Of a stretch of 41,964 nt of DNA, positions 1-9,058 are shown in pieces; positions within the stretch are counted from its first letter, which is position 1, and each line of letters begins with the position of its first letter. Position numbers and translations under genes: made by a program. The stretch lies in NCBI GenBank assembly GCA_964442525.1, contig CAYTZO010000004.1:1-41964 (forward strand), read 5' to 3'. The notes under the pieces were generated by a model that was not told the DNA's origin, did not search any database, and saw nothing but the letters and a program-made list of their open reading frames with translations. The stretch is from an uncultured Gammaproteobacteria bacterium (GTDB taxonomy: Bacteria > Patescibacteriota > Microgenomatia > UBA10105 > UBA927).

Positions 1-98
1 TTATTGTCCCTGTCGCGCTTGAGGAAGGACAACGGTTTGCAGTGCGGGAAGGCGGCCACACAGTCGGCGCCGGAGCGATAACAAAAATTATTGCCTAA
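1..98 (+). CDS. tuf: Elongation factor Tu, 3' end (partial)
   Basis: Frame starting at base 3 reads [31 protein letters not shown], the EF-Tu C-terminus; lies directly upstream of rpsJ. Confidence 0.96.
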   Translation, partial: IVPVALEEGQRFAVREGGHTVGAGAITKIIA

Positions 99-129
99 GT
101 GACTTAAGTCACTTAAGTTTCTTAAGCAC
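94..129. repeat. Four 9-bp tandem units containing a perfect 20-bp palindrome
   Basis: cctaagtga cttaagtca cttaagttt cttaagcac; TAAGTGACTTAAGTCACTTA (96-115) is its own reverse complement. Confidence 0.85.
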
Positions 130-140
130 GTTAATAAATC

Positions 141-449
141 ATGCCAAAAGGGAGAATCCGTGTACGACTCAAAGCGTATGACAGCAGAATCATCGACGAC
201 TGCTGTCAGAAGATACTCGATACCGCAGTACGGACGGGCGCTAGAGTGGTGGGTCCGGTGCCGTTGCCGACGGACCACGAGCACTTTAACGTTGCCCGAA
301 GTCCGTTTATCGATAGGAACAGCCGCGAAGATTTCATGATCCGGACGCACAAACGGCTTATCGATATCATCGAGCCGACCGATAAAACCATTGATCAGCT
401 CATGCACCTGGATCTGCCTGCAGGCGTGGATGTAGAAATTAAAATGTAA
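141..449 (+). CDS. rpsJ: 30S ribosomal protein S10
   Basis: [34 protein letters not shown] motifs. Confidence 0.99.
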   Translation: MPKGRIRVRLKAYDSRIIDDCCQKILDTAVRTGARVVGPVPLPTDHEHFNVARSPFIDRNSREDFMIRTHKRLIDIIEPTDKTIDQLMHLDLPAGVDVEIKM

Positions 450-463
450 TGCGGAGCTTCTAT

Positions 464-492
464 TTGAAGCTCAGGGGATACTTTGATATACT
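464..492 (+). promoter_or_regulatory. Putative sigma70 promoter between rpsJ and rplC
   Basis: TTGAAG (464-469), 17-nt spacer, TATACT (487-492) preceded by the extended -10 TG. Confidence 0.6.
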
Positions 493-558
493 TAATTAGA
501 TTGATATGACGCAACAGCGAGCATATCGGTAAAGTACATCAAAAGTCTCGATTGAGTC

Positions 559-584
559 AAACGACCTCAACCGAGGTCGTTTTT
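559..584 (+). promoter_or_regulatory. Terminator-like hairpin in the rplC leader
   Basis: AAACGACCTC-aacc-GAGGTCGTTT followed by T/G-rich tract, ending a few bases before ATG 591. Confidence 0.55.
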
Positions 585-590
585 GTTGTT

Positions 591-1211
591 ATGCATGCAT
601 TGTTAGGAATAAAACTAGGTCAGTCGCAAACCTTTACCGAGGACGGGAAGCGTATTCCCGTTACTCTTATTGAGGCCGGCCCGTGTTGGGTAACCCAGGT
701 TACGGATATGGGTGGATATCGAGCCATTCAACTCGGTTTCGGAAATATCAAGCACCCATCAAAGCCACTTATGGGTCACATGAAAAAAGCGGGGTTGGAA
801 GTTAAGCCCCGTTTTTTGCGGACTATCCGCGATACTTCAAGCGGTGAAACCAAAGCCGGCACGGAAATAAAAGTTGCGGACGTGTTTAAGGTCGGCGATA
901 AGGTTCGTGTCATTGGAACTTCTAAGGGAAAAGGCTTTGCAGGGGTAGTGAAGCGGCACCATTTTAAAGGCGGACCGCGGACCCATGGTCAAAGCGACCG
1001 AGAGCGGGCACCCGGATCAATCGGACAAACCACAACCCCCGGAAGAGTCTATCGGGGGAAGCGAATGGCCGGGCACATGGGGGCAGCAACGGTTACCGTC
1101 ACCGGACTCAAAGTGACGGCGGTGGATCCTGTGACCAACACCCTTACGATTAAAGGCGTGATCCCGGGAGGCAAAAAAGCGCTTGTTCTTATAGCAAAAG
1201 ATACTCGCTAA
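591..1211 (+). CDS. rplC: 50S ribosomal protein L3
   Basis: LLGIKLG, IPVTLIE, GTSKGKGFAGVVKRHHF, GKRMAGHMG. ATG 591 preferred over TTG 552 because L3 homology starts there. Confidence 0.98.
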   Translation: MHALLGIKLGQSQTFTEDGKRIPVTLIEAGPCWVTQVTDMGGYRAIQLGFGNIKHPSKPLMGHMKKAGLEVKPRFLRTIRDTSSGETKAGTEIKVADVFKVGDKVRVIGTSKGKGFAGVVKRHHFKGGPRTHGQSDRERAPGSIGQTTTPGRVYRGKRMAGHMGAATVTVTGLKVTAVDPVTNTLTIKGVIPGGKKALVLIAKDTR

Positions 1212-1216
1212 TCACT

Positions 1217-2005
1217 ATGGCAGCAAAAACAAAAAAAACTGTCGCAAAAAAAGTTCTTAAAAAGGCAGTCAAAAAGACGGCAACCAAAACCGTGCATAAA
1301 AAGGCCATTAAGACGAAAGTAGCCAGTGCAGTCAAAATTCCGGCAAAGGAAGTGGTTGCCGCGCCAAGGGGTTTGGTTGCATCGGTTACTGATGTCCACG
1401 GGAAGCGGGCCGGTTCGATTACACTTCCGGCAGAACTGTTTGCCGCAAAAGTCAATAAAAAACTTCTCGCCCAGTCGGTGCGCGTCTATCTTTCCCGACA
1501 ACGAACCGGAAACGCTTCAACCAAAACCCGCGGAGAAGTCGAAGGGTCGACGAGAAAAATTTATCGCCAAAAAGGCACAGGACGAGCTCGCCACGGAGCA
1601 ATCCGCGCCCCCATTTTCCGGGGAGGCGGGATTGTATTTGGTCCAAGACCACGGGATTTCAGCTTGTCGATACCCAAAAAAATGCAGCGGCTGGCTCTTG
1701 CCAGCGCATTAACAGCACAATATACCGACGGCAATGTCCATATCATTGACGGTCTCGAGCATCTTGAACCAAAAACGAAATTTATGGCCGCCGCAATTGA
1801 TGCAAATACCCAAAAACGACCGATTCTTCTTATCGTTTCTCCGCATAGTCCCACTGTTGTCCGCGCTGCGCGCAACATCGCAGACGTTGAAATAATTCAG
1901 GCAAATAACTTAAGTCCCTATATGTCCCTTTCTCATGCATCACTCCTTTTTACGAAAGCTGCGATTGCCCTCCTTAAAGAAACATTTGTGGGAAAAACCG
2001 TATGA
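1217..2005 (+). CDS. rplD: 50S ribosomal protein L4 with Lys/Ala-rich N-terminal extension
   Basis: [30 protein letters not shown] motifs; about 50 extra basic residues at the N-terminus. Confidence 0.98.
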   Translation: MAAKTKKTVAKKVLKKAVKKTATKTVHKKAIKTKVASAVKIPAKEVVAAPRGLVASVTDVHGKRAGSITLPAELFAAKVNKKLLAQSVRVYLSRQRTGNASTKTRGEVEGSTRKIYRQKGTGRARHGAIRAPIFRGGGIVFGPRPRDFSLSIPKKMQRLALASALTAQYTDGNVHIIDGLEHLEPKTKFMAAAIDANTQKRPILLIVSPHSPTVVRAARNIADVEIIQANNLSPYMSLSHASLLFTKAAIALLKETFVGKTV

Positions 2006-2322
2006 AGCACATCATCAAACTTCCGCGCATGACGGAAAAATCATTATTGCTCGCGAGCCGCGGGTGGTATACGTTTGCGGTTCATTCGGATGCAGACAAA
2101 AAAACGATCGCCAGAGAGGTGAGCGGCCTTTATAACGTTACTGTGGTAAACGTGCGAACGGTCAGTGTGCACGGCAAAGAGCGCCGGGTGGGCAGATTTA
2201 TGAGGAAGGTCAGGAAGCCTGACTGGAAAAAGGCACTGGTAAAGCTCAAAGCAGGACAAAAAATCGATGCATTTGAAGTGACGAGCGAAGGAGAATCGAA
2301 ACCAGCTCCAAAAGCAAAATAA
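2002..2322 (+). CDS. rplW: 50S ribosomal protein L23
   Basis: [20 protein letters not shown]; operon position. Confidence 0.97.
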   Translation: MKHIIKLPRMTEKSLLLASRGWYTFAVHSDADKKTIAREVSGLYNVTVVNVRTVSVHGKERRVGRFMRKVRKPDWKKALVKLKAGQKIDAFEVTSEGESKPAPKAK

Positions 2323-2323
2323 C

Positions 2324-3079
2324 ATGAATACAATTGTCATACGCCATTTGCGCGAGATTTTGCCCAAAAATTCAGGGAGAGACGTCCAAGGGCACGTCTC
2401 GGTACGGCATCAGGGCGGACGGCACAAACGATACTATCGTGTGATTGATTGGAAGAGACGAAAAGACGGCGTACCGGCTAAGGTTGTCGCGATTGAGTAC
2501 GATCCAAATCGTTCAGCGGGCATTGCGCTGTTACAATACCGAGACGGCGAAAAGCGATACATTTTGGCGCCGATCGGGCTAAAGGCTGGGGACAGAGTGG
2601 AAAGCGGGAAAAATATAGATGCAAAAGCAGGCAACGCCATGCCCTTGGGATCCATGCCGGTCGGCACCATCGTACATGCAGTGGAAATTGTGCCAGGGGG
2701 CGGTGCAAAACTTATGCGAAGCGCCGGGGCGGCGGCAACCGTACTTGCCAAAGATGAAGGCATGGTACAATTGAAGCTTCCGAGCGGCGAAATCCGTAAG
2801 TTCCATGTTCAATCACGCGCAACAGTCGGTTCTGTCGGAAACATCGAATGGAAAAATAGGGTGCTTGGGAAAGCCGGCGCGTCTCGCCATGCAGGGAGAC
2901 GCCCTACAGTACGTGGAGTTTCGCAAAATCCGAGGACTCATCCGCACGGCGGCGGAGAAGGAAGAAGCGGCATAGGCATGCCGTCACCCAAGAGCCCGTG
3001 GGGAAAGCATACGCTTGGATTTAAAACTCGAAAGAAGCGAAAATATAGTGATAAGTTGATTATTCAAAGAAGGAAATAA
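2324..3079 (+). CDS. rplB: 50S ribosomal protein L2 (N-terminally short)
   Basis: [30 protein letters not shown] motifs. Confidence 0.99.
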   Translation: MNTIVIRHLREILPKNSGRDVQGHVSVRHQGGRHKRYYRVIDWKRRKDGVPAKVVAIEYDPNRSAGIALLQYRDGEKRYILAPIGLKAGDRVESGKNIDAKAGNAMPLGSMPVGTIVHAVEIVPGGGAKLMRSAGAAATVLAKDEGMVQLKLPSGEIRKFHVQSRATVGSVGNIEWKNRVLGKAGASRHAGRRPTVRGVSQNPRTHPHGGGEGRSGIGMPSPKSPWGKHTLGFKTRKKRKYSDKLIIQRRK

Positions 3080-3143
3080 AAATAAGAATTTTTGGTTCAA
3101 AGCTAGATTAATAGTTAGCTTTGAATTGAAGCTTTAAACTAAT

Positions 3144-3428
3144 ATGGCACGGTCAAGCAAAAAAGGACCATATATAGACAAAAACTTACTTGCCAAAGTA
3201 AACAAACAAAAGGCAGGGGGAGACCGCTCACCCATTAAAACCTGGTCGCGTGACAGCCAAATTCCGCCTGAGTTTGTCGGACACAAATTTGCGGTGCATA
3301 ACGGCAAAAATTTTATAGAAATATTTATCAGCGAAGCCATGGTTGGACACAGGCTCGGGGAGTTTGCTCCAACCAGATACTTCCATGGTCACGGACAGGT
3401 GACCAAGAGAGTACTGGAAAAGACATAA
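3144..3428 (+). CDS. rpsS: 30S ribosomal protein S19
   Basis: [31 protein letters not shown]. Confidence 0.99.
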   Translation: MARSSKKGPYIDKNLLAKVNKQKAGGDRSPIKTWSRDSQIPPEFVGHKFAVHNGKNFIEIFISEAMVGHRLGEFAPTRYFHGHGQVTKRVLEKT

Positions 3429-3465
3429 AAAGAAGCCTAGGGGGTTTAGTTTATTTAGCAAAACT

Positions 3466-3810
3466 ATGGAATACAGAGCGATTGCGAAATACATAAAGGT
3501 CAGTCCGCGGAAGATGCGGATGCTCGCAGGCGAACTACGGGGGAAAAACGCGGATGCAGTCATCGCGGTACTTTCTGCCATGCGTCAGCATGCGGCCCGG
3601 CTGCTTCTGCCGGTAGTACGTGCTGCCGTTGCAAATGCAAAGGTGAAAAATACGACCCTGGGGGAGCTAAGGGTAAAGACGATTGATGTACTCGAAGGCC
3701 CTGTAGCGAAACGGTATCACGCAGTGAGCCGCGGCATGGGGCACTCCTATAAAAAGCGGATGACGCATGTTCGTATTATTGTTGCAGAAGAGGAGAAGAA
3801 AAAGGAATAA
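3466..3810 (+). CDS. rplV: 50S ribosomal protein L22
   Basis: VSPRKMR, AVANA, KKRMTHVRI. Confidence 0.98.
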   Translation: MEYRAIAKYIKVSPRKMRMLAGELRGKNADAVIAVLSAMRQHAARLLLPVVRAAVANAKVKNTTLGELRVKTIDVLEGPVAKRYHAVSRGMGHSYKKRMTHVRIIVAEEEKKKE

Positions 3811-3813
3811 TCT

Positions 3814-4476
3814 ATGGGACAAAAAATTCATCCAAAAGGATTTCGGCTCGGCCAAGCATTTACCTGGTCTTCGCGCTGGTTTGCCGACAAGAAACGATAC
3901 AAGACCCTCCTTATTGAGGACGTGAAGATCAGAAATCTGTTGGCCCAAAAGCTCAAGATGGCAGGGCTCGAGTCGACGGAAATCGAACGGTCTATTAACA
4001 AGGTAAAAATTACTCTCCATGTTTCTCGTCCTGGAGTTGTGATCGGACGAGGAGGCAGTGGACTTGAAGAGATAAAAAAATATCTTGAAAGATTTCTTCT
4101 TACTCACGCAGCGGCTCAAGGGAAAAGGAGCGACGCAATGAGAATAAAGCTCGAAGTATCCGTTGAGCCGGTAAAAGAGCCAAACTTATCCGCCCAACTT
4201 GTCGCACAAACGATTGCGGATCAACTGGTGAAGCGCCTGCCGCATAAACGCGTAGCGAATCAGGCAATTGATCGTGTGATGTCCGCAGGGGCCAGGGGCG
4301 TACGGATTCTCCTTGCCGGCAGAATCGGTGGGGCGGAAATTTCCAGAAAAGAAAAATTCCAGTCAGGCACCGTACCTCTTTCCACAATTCGCGAAAATGT
4401 GGACCATGCCACGGTTGCGGCATTAACGAAGTCTGGATACGTTGGCGTAAAAGTATGGATATGCAGAAAACAGTAA
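3814..4476 (+). CDS. rpsC: 30S ribosomal protein S3
   Basis: MGQKIHPKGFRLG, RPGVVIGRGG (KH domain), GRIGGAEISR, GVKVWI. Confidence 0.99.
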   Translation: MGQKIHPKGFRLGQAFTWSSRWFADKKRYKTLLIEDVKIRNLLAQKLKMAGLESTEIERSINKVKITLHVSRPGVVIGRGGSGLEEIKKYLERFLLTHAAAQGKRSDAMRIKLEVSVEPVKEPNLSAQLVAQTIADQLVKRLPHKRVANQAIDRVMSAGARGVRILLAGRIGGAEISRKEKFQSGTVPLSTIRENVDHATVAALTKSGYVGVKVWICRKQ

Positions 4477-4543
4477 ATAGTAAACAGAAAACAGAAAAAG
4501 AGAAAAACAATTCTGCGAACTGTTTACCGTTTTTTCTTTACTA
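4464..4543. repeat. Heptamer tandem array with an inverted heptamer array
   Basis: cagaaaa cagtaaa tagtaaa cagaaaa cagaaaa (4464-4498); inverted units tttaccg ttttttc tttacta (4523-4543). Confidence 0.7.
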
Positions 4544-4547
4544 ATCT

Positions 4548-4955
4548 ATGTTGGTACCAAAACGGGCAAAATTCAGGAAGGCATTTAGAGGCAAAAGGGC
4601 CGGGATATCGATCCGTGCTTCTCGCGTGGATTTTGGCGAATACGGACTGAAGGCCGTTTCCAACGGTTGGGTACAAAGTAAGCAAATTGAATCCGCGAGG
4701 AAAGCGATCATGCACTCGATCAGACGCGGAGGAAGGCTCTGGATCAGGATTTTTCCAGATAAGCCAATCACGAAAAAGCCCCCGGAGACGCGGATGGGGA
4801 GTGGGAAAGGCGATGTGTACGAGTACGTTGCCGTTGTCAGGCCGGGGAGAGTCATGTTTGAAATGGGAGGAGTGACGAGGGAGCAGGCAGAAGAAGCCCT
4901 CCGACTTGCGGCAGCGAAACTTCCCATCAGAAGTAAATTTGTGATTAAAACATAA
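4548..4955 (+). CDS. rplP: 50S ribosomal protein L16
   Basis: MLVPKRAKFRK, WIRIFPDKPITKKP, RMGSGKG. Confidence 0.99.
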   Translation: MLVPKRAKFRKAFRGKRAGISIRASRVDFGEYGLKAVSNGWVQSKQIESARKAIMHSIRRGGRLWIRIFPDKPITKKPPETRMGSGKGDVYEYVAVVRPGRVMFEMGGVTREQAEEALRLAAAKLPIRSKFVIKT

Positions 4956-4959
4956 CCGT

Positions 4960-5166
4960 ATGAAAAAGAAAGAAAAACAACAGTTGCACGCACAAAACCT
5001 GAGCGACGTAACCAAACTCATTGCAGAAGCCGAAAAAAAGATACAAGAAGCGGCACGGGATCGTTTTACCAAACCGGCAAAAGACGTGCACGTCATAAAA
5101 AAACTGCGCAAGCGGCTGGCAACGCTCAGAACGGTCGCACGCGAGAAGGAGTTACCTCATGCATAA
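4960..5166 (+). CDS. rpmC: 50S ribosomal protein L29 (divergent)
   Basis: 68 aa, basic and helical, IKKLRKRLATLRTVARE; canonical position between rplP and rpsQ. Confidence 0.88.
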   Translation: MKKKEKQQLHAQNLSDVTKLIAEAEKKIQEAARDRFTKPAKDVHVIKKLRKRLATLRTVAREKELPHA

Positions 5167-5407
5167 AGAAACGAAGACAAAAAAAGAGATTATCGGTACC
5201 GTTGTCTCCACGGCAATGAAAAATACGGTTGTGGTGAGCATCGCGCGTTCATGGCATCACCCCGTCTATAAAAAAGCGCTTAAGCGTGATCGAAAGCTCG
5301 CCGCGCACGTCGAAGGGATAGAGCTTTCCCGCGGCGACAAAGTAAAAATCATTGGGACACGGCCGATCAGTAAAACAAAAAAATATAAAGTTGTTGCAAA
5401 AGTATGA
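5159..5407 (+). CDS. rpsQ: 30S ribosomal protein S17
   Basis: GTVVSTAMKNTVVV, HPVYKK, GDKVKI, TRPISKTK. Confidence 0.98.
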   Translation: MHKETKTKKEIIGTVVSTAMKNTVVVSIARSWHHPVYKKALKRDRKLAAHVEGIELSRGDKVKIIGTRPISKTKKYKVVAKV

Positions 5408-5778
5408 TTCAAAGACGCACGTCGTTGACCGTAGCAGATAATTCAGGAGCACAGAAAGTCGTGGTGACGCATATTTACGGCTCATCGAAGCGACTCAAGG
5501 CCGGGCTGGGCGATATCGTGCAGGCTGTGGTAAAAAAAGCAGATCCGACCGGACTCGTGAAGGAAGATGAACTTGTTAAGATGGTTATCGTCCGCGTGCA
5601 TAAAGAGCATCGGCGCAGTGACGGATCATATATCCGTTTTGACGATAACGCCGGCGTGGTGATCGATAACGAAAAAGACAAAAATTCCAGGGGGAGCCGT
5701 GTGTTCGGACCGATCGCTCGCGAAATTAAAGATCGTGGATTTGATAAAATCGTAAGCCTGGCAGCGGAAGTCTATTAA
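5404..5778 (+). CDS. rplN: 50S ribosomal protein L14
   Basis: VADNSGA, DGSYIRFDDNA, RVFGPIARE. Confidence 0.99.
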   Translation: MIQRRTSLTVADNSGAQKVVVTHIYGSSKRLKAGLGDIVQAVVKKADPTGLVKEDELVKMVIVRVHKEHRRSDGSYIRFDDNAGVVIDNEKDKNSRGSRVFGPIAREIKDRGFDKIVSLAAEVY

Positions 5779-5784
5779 CCAGAT

Positions 5785-6090
5785 ATGAAACTCAAAAAAG
5801 GCGATAACGTTCTTGTGACCATCGGTAAAGACAAAGGCCGAAAAGGGAAAGTGGAGCAGGTGAACCCAAACAGGAACTCGGTACTCGTGACGGGCGTTAA
5901 TGTTTACAAGCGCCATCTCAAAAAACGCGATGAGCAGCATCCAGGGGGCATTGTAGATTTTCCCCGGCCGCTTAGTGTGGCAAAGGTAGCCCTTATCTGT
6001 CCAAAATGCGGCAAGGCCACAAGAGTGGGCTATCTCATGACAAAGGGAGAAAAGGTGCGCATTTGTAAGAAATGTGAGCAAAAAATATAA
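5785..6090 (+). CDS. rplX: 50S ribosomal protein L24
   Basis: KKGDNVLVTIGKDKGRKGKV KOW motif; CPKC and CKKC cysteine pairs. Confidence 0.98.
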   Translation: MKLKKGDNVLVTIGKDKGRKGKVEQVNPNRNSVLVTGVNVYKRHLKKRDEQHPGGIVDFPRPLSVAKVALICPKCGKATRVGYLMTKGEKVRICKKCEQKI

Positions 6091-6092
6091 CC

Positions 6093-6650
6093 ATGAATAC
6101 ATTACAAGAAACATACAAAAAGACTATTGTTCCGACGCTTATGAAAGAGCTCAATTGCAAAAGCGTCATGGCAGTACCGCAGCTTGTTAAAATAATCGTC
6201 AACTGCGGCATGGGGAGAGAATCGCTTAAAGACAAAAAAACTCTTGAATCCATGGCAACGCAGCTTGGCGTTATTACCGGTCAGAAGCCAGCGGTGACCA
6301 GAGCCAAGCGGGCTATTGCGACGTTTAAGCTCCGTGCGGGGGATGCCATTGGGCTCAAAGTTACCCTTCGGGGAAAACGCATGTATGACTTTTTCACAAA
6401 ACTGGTGATGATTGCCTTGCCGCGTGTCCGTGATTTCCGCGGCGTATCAACAAAAAGTTTTGACGGGAAAGGTAACTATACCTTGGGGATTAGTGACCAG
6501 ACGATTTTTCCCGAACTTGAGTATAGGCTGGTAGATAGAGTTCGAGGATTTGAGATCGTTGTGGTTACGTCGGCAAAGACAGACGCCGCAGCAAAAAAAC
6601 TATTAGAGCTCTTAGGTATGCCGTTTGAGAAAACCGGGAGGAATGCATAA
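6093..6650 (+). CDS. rplE: 50S ribosomal protein L5
   Basis: [29 protein letters not shown]. Confidence 0.99.
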   Translation: MNTLQETYKKTIVPTLMKELNCKSVMAVPQLVKIIVNCGMGRESLKDKKTLESMATQLGVITGQKPAVTRAKRAIATFKLRAGDAIGLKVTLRGKRMYDFFTKLVMIALPRVRDFRGVSTKSFDGKGNYTLGISDQTIFPELEYRLVDRVRGFEIVVVTSAKTDAAAKKLLELLGMPFEKTGRNA

Positions 6651-6652
6651 CT

Positions 6653-6838
6653 ATGGCAAAAACATCTGACATTGTTAAATTTAAGAAAAAACAAAAATAC
6701 GATGTTCGGTTTCGAAACCGTTGTATGCTCTGCGGAAGATCGCGGGGATATATGCGCAAGTTCGGCATCTGCCGCATTTGCTTCCGTGAACGCGCTCACC
6801 GCGGGGAACTGCCTGGCGTCATGAAAGGATCGTGGTAA
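6653..6838 (+). CDS. rpsN: 30S ribosomal protein S14, zinc-binding (type Z)
   Basis: 61 aa; RCMLCGR...[17 protein letters not shown]. Confidence 0.98.
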   Translation: MAKTSDIVKFKKKQKYDVRFRNRCMLCGRSRGYMRKFGICRICFRERAHRGELPGVMKGSW

Positions 6839-6842
6839 GACT

Positions 6843-7235
6843 ATGGTAACTGATCCAATAGGAGATTTACTCATTCAGATAAAAAATGCGACCCAAGCCA
6901 ATAAAAGGACGGTTGATGTGCCGTACTCAAAAATGAAGGAGAGGGTAGCGAAAATTCTGGTTGAGGAGGGGTATCTTAGATCTGTTTCGCAAAAAGGGGA
7001 ACTGCCGATGGCGCATCTTCATATCGAACTTGCCTATGAGGGCAAAACGCCGGTGGTCACAAACCTTAAGCGGGTAAGCAGACCCGGCATGCGTTGGTAT
7101 ATTCGAGGGAAGCAAATCCCGCTCGTGATGGGAGGAATGGGCATATCCATTGTTTCTACGCCACAGGGAGTCATGACGGGAAAAGCTGCAAAAGCAAAAG
7201 GGATCGGCGGAGAACTTTTGTGTGAAGTTTGGTAA
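6843..7235 (+). CDS. rpsH: 30S ribosomal protein S8
   Basis: TDPIGDLL, RVSRPG, IVSTPQGVM, GGELLCEVW. Confidence 0.99.
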   Translation: MVTDPIGDLLIQIKNATQANKRTVDVPYSKMKERVAKILVEEGYLRSVSQKGELPMAHLHIELAYEGKTPVVTNLKRVSRPGMRWYIRGKQIPLVMGGMGISIVSTPQGVMTGKAAKAKGIGGELLCEVW

Positions 7236-7239
7236 ACCT

Positions 7240-7806
7240 ATGTCGAGAATCGGCAACGCACCCATTCAGGTTCCAAAAGATGTCACAATTACGGTGACAG
7301 GCAAAGGTGTGGTGGTCAACGGTCCAAAAGGAGAACTCTCAGAGAAGCTTCCGGAGGGCATTCACGCAACGCTTCGTAACGGGATGGTAGAGATATCTCG
7401 CAAAGGAGAAGACAAAAAGATGAAGTCGATTCACGGGTTTGTCCGGGCAAAGATCGCAGGGGACATTACCGGCGTATCCGTGGGATGGACCAAAACATTG
7501 GAACTTTCCGGCGTCGGGTATCGGGCAAACGTTGAGGGCGCCAATTTGGTTCTTACGATCGGGTTTTCTCATCCGGTGACCGTCACCCCTCCCCAGGGCA
7601 TTACCTTTTCGGTCAACGAAGGGAAAATTGTAGTTTCCGGTATCGACAAACATCTTGTGGGACAGGTCGCTGCAAATATCCGCGCAATGAAGAAACCCGA
7701 GCCATACAAGGGCAAGGGCATTAAATATGCTGGCGAGCACATCCGTAAAAAAGCAGGCAAAGCCGCCAAGGCTATAGGAGCAGGAGTCGGGGGAGCGGCA
7801 AAATAA
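7240..7806 (+). CDS. rplF: 50S ribosomal protein L6
   Basis: MSRIG start at ATG 7240; GPKGEL, GVGYRA, PEPYKGKGIKY. Confidence 0.99.
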   Translation: MSRIGNAPIQVPKDVTITVTGKGVVVNGPKGELSEKLPEGIHATLRNGMVEISRKGEDKKMKSIHGFVRAKIAGDITGVSVGWTKTLELSGVGYRANVEGANLVLTIGFSHPVTVTPPQGITFSVNEGKIVVSGIDKHLVGQVAANIRAMKKPEPYKGKGIKYAGEHIRKKAGKAAKAIGAGVGGAAK

Positions 7807-7807
7807 T

Positions 7808-8137
7808 ATGAGTACAAAATTGCATCTAAAAAAGAAACGACAGGGACGGATCAGGGCAAAAATTTCCGGCACCGGCGACCGTCCCCGGCTTGCCGTGCAC
7901 CGGTCGGAAAGAAGACTTAATGCGCAGATAATTGATGATAGCAAGGGCGTAACCATTGTGGCAAAATCAATTGATGGAACGAATCTTGCCGCAGGAAAAA
8001 CGCTCGGAGCGGAAATTACGGCTCTTTGCAAAAAAAAGGGCATTAAGAAAGTTGTGTTTGATCGGGGAGGGAACCGATACCACGGCGTTATTAAAACGCT
8101 GGCAGATACTCTGCGAGAAGGAGGAGTAACAATTTAG
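7808..8137 (+). CDS. rplR: 50S ribosomal protein L18
   Basis: RPRLAVHRS, AQIIDD, VVFDRGG, YHG. Confidence 0.98.
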   Translation: MSTKLHLKKKRQGRIRAKISGTGDRPRLAVHRSERRLNAQIIDDSKGVTIVAKSIDGTNLAAGKTLGAEITALCKKKGIKKVVFDRGGNRYHGVIKTLADTLREGGVTI

Positions 8138-8140
8138 CCT

Positions 8141-8623
8141 ATGGCGTACCAACAAAACCGTATACAGCGATTTCAGGGCGAGAGCGAGTTTGCCGAAAAA
8201 ATTGTTCAGGTCAACCGCGTTTCCAAAAAAACCAAGGGGGGAAATAAGATAGGATTTTCAGTGCTTGTGGTCGTTGGTGACCGCAAGGGTAAGGTTGGAG
8301 TTGGACTTGGCGGGGCACCGGAAGTTTCTTCTGCGGTGCGAAAAGCGGTCGCCTATGCCAAGCGTCACCTTCTAACTGTTCCTATGCGCAAGACGACTAT
8401 CCCGCATGAAGTTCGCGTGAAGCGCGGCGCGGCACAGGTTCTTCTCAAGCCCGCACCTCCGGGAACCGGGGTTATCGCAGGCGGTGCGGTCCGCGCGGTC
8501 GTTGAAGCGGCAGGCATCCGTGACATCGTATCAAAGATTTTAGGCAGCAAAAACCAGGCATCCAATGTATATGCAACGCTTGAAGCACTCAAAAAATTTA
8601 AAGTAAAAAAGGTGGCGAAATAA
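8141..8623 (+). CDS. rpsE: 30S ribosomal protein S5
   Basis: [28 protein letters not shown]. Confidence 0.99.
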   Translation: MAYQQNRIQRFQGESEFAEKIVQVNRVSKKTKGGNKIGFSVLVVVGDRKGKVGVGLGGAPEVSSAVRKAVAYAKRHLLTVPMRKTTIPHEVRVKRGAAQVLLKPAPPGTGVIAGGAVRAVVEAAGIRDIVSKILGSKNQASNVYATLEALKKFKVKKVAK

Positions 8624-8626
8624 TCT

Positions 8627-9058
8627 ATGGACATAGGTAACCTTCCGGCTATTATTGAACGATCGAAAAAGCGGCTTGGTCGCGGTCACGGATCAGGAAA
8701 GGTGAAAACCTCCGGCCGGGGAACCAAAGGACAGAAGGCGCGGGACTCCATGAAAGCGGGGTTTGAGGGCGGCCAACTCCCCATGATTAAGCGTCTTCCG
8801 CTTCTTCGCGGCAAAGCAAGAAACAAGAGTCATATGCCGAAAGCATATCCTCTGGCAGCAGATATGCTTGCGACACTTCCCCCTGGCAGCGACGTGACAT
8901 TGGAGACGCTGAAAAAATATCATATGATAGGTCGTGACGTGTCACGCGTAAAAATTCTTGGCGGTGAACCCATTTCGGTTAAATTAACCGTACATCTGCC
9001 TTGCTCAAAATCTGCCCGGGCGGCTATTGAAAAAGCAGGCGGGACTGTAGTGGTATGA
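8627..9058 (+). CDS. rplO: 50S ribosomal protein L15
   Basis: [33 protein letters not shown]. Confidence 0.99.
   Translation: MDIGNLPAIIERSKKRLGRGHGSGKVKTSGRGTKGQKARDSMKAGFEGGQLPMIKRLPLLRGKARNKSHMPKAYPLAADMLATLPPGSDVTLETLKKYHMIGRDVSRVKILGGEPISVKLTVHLPCSKSARAAIEKAGGTVVV

Noticed and set aside
3096-3125. Hairpin TTCAAAGCTA/TAGCTTTGAA between rplB and rpsS, and an imperfect hairpin at about 14232-14279 between rpsD and rpoA
   Set aside because: AT-rich or imperfect stems without a T-tract; may be processing or stability elements, but evidence is too weak to call.
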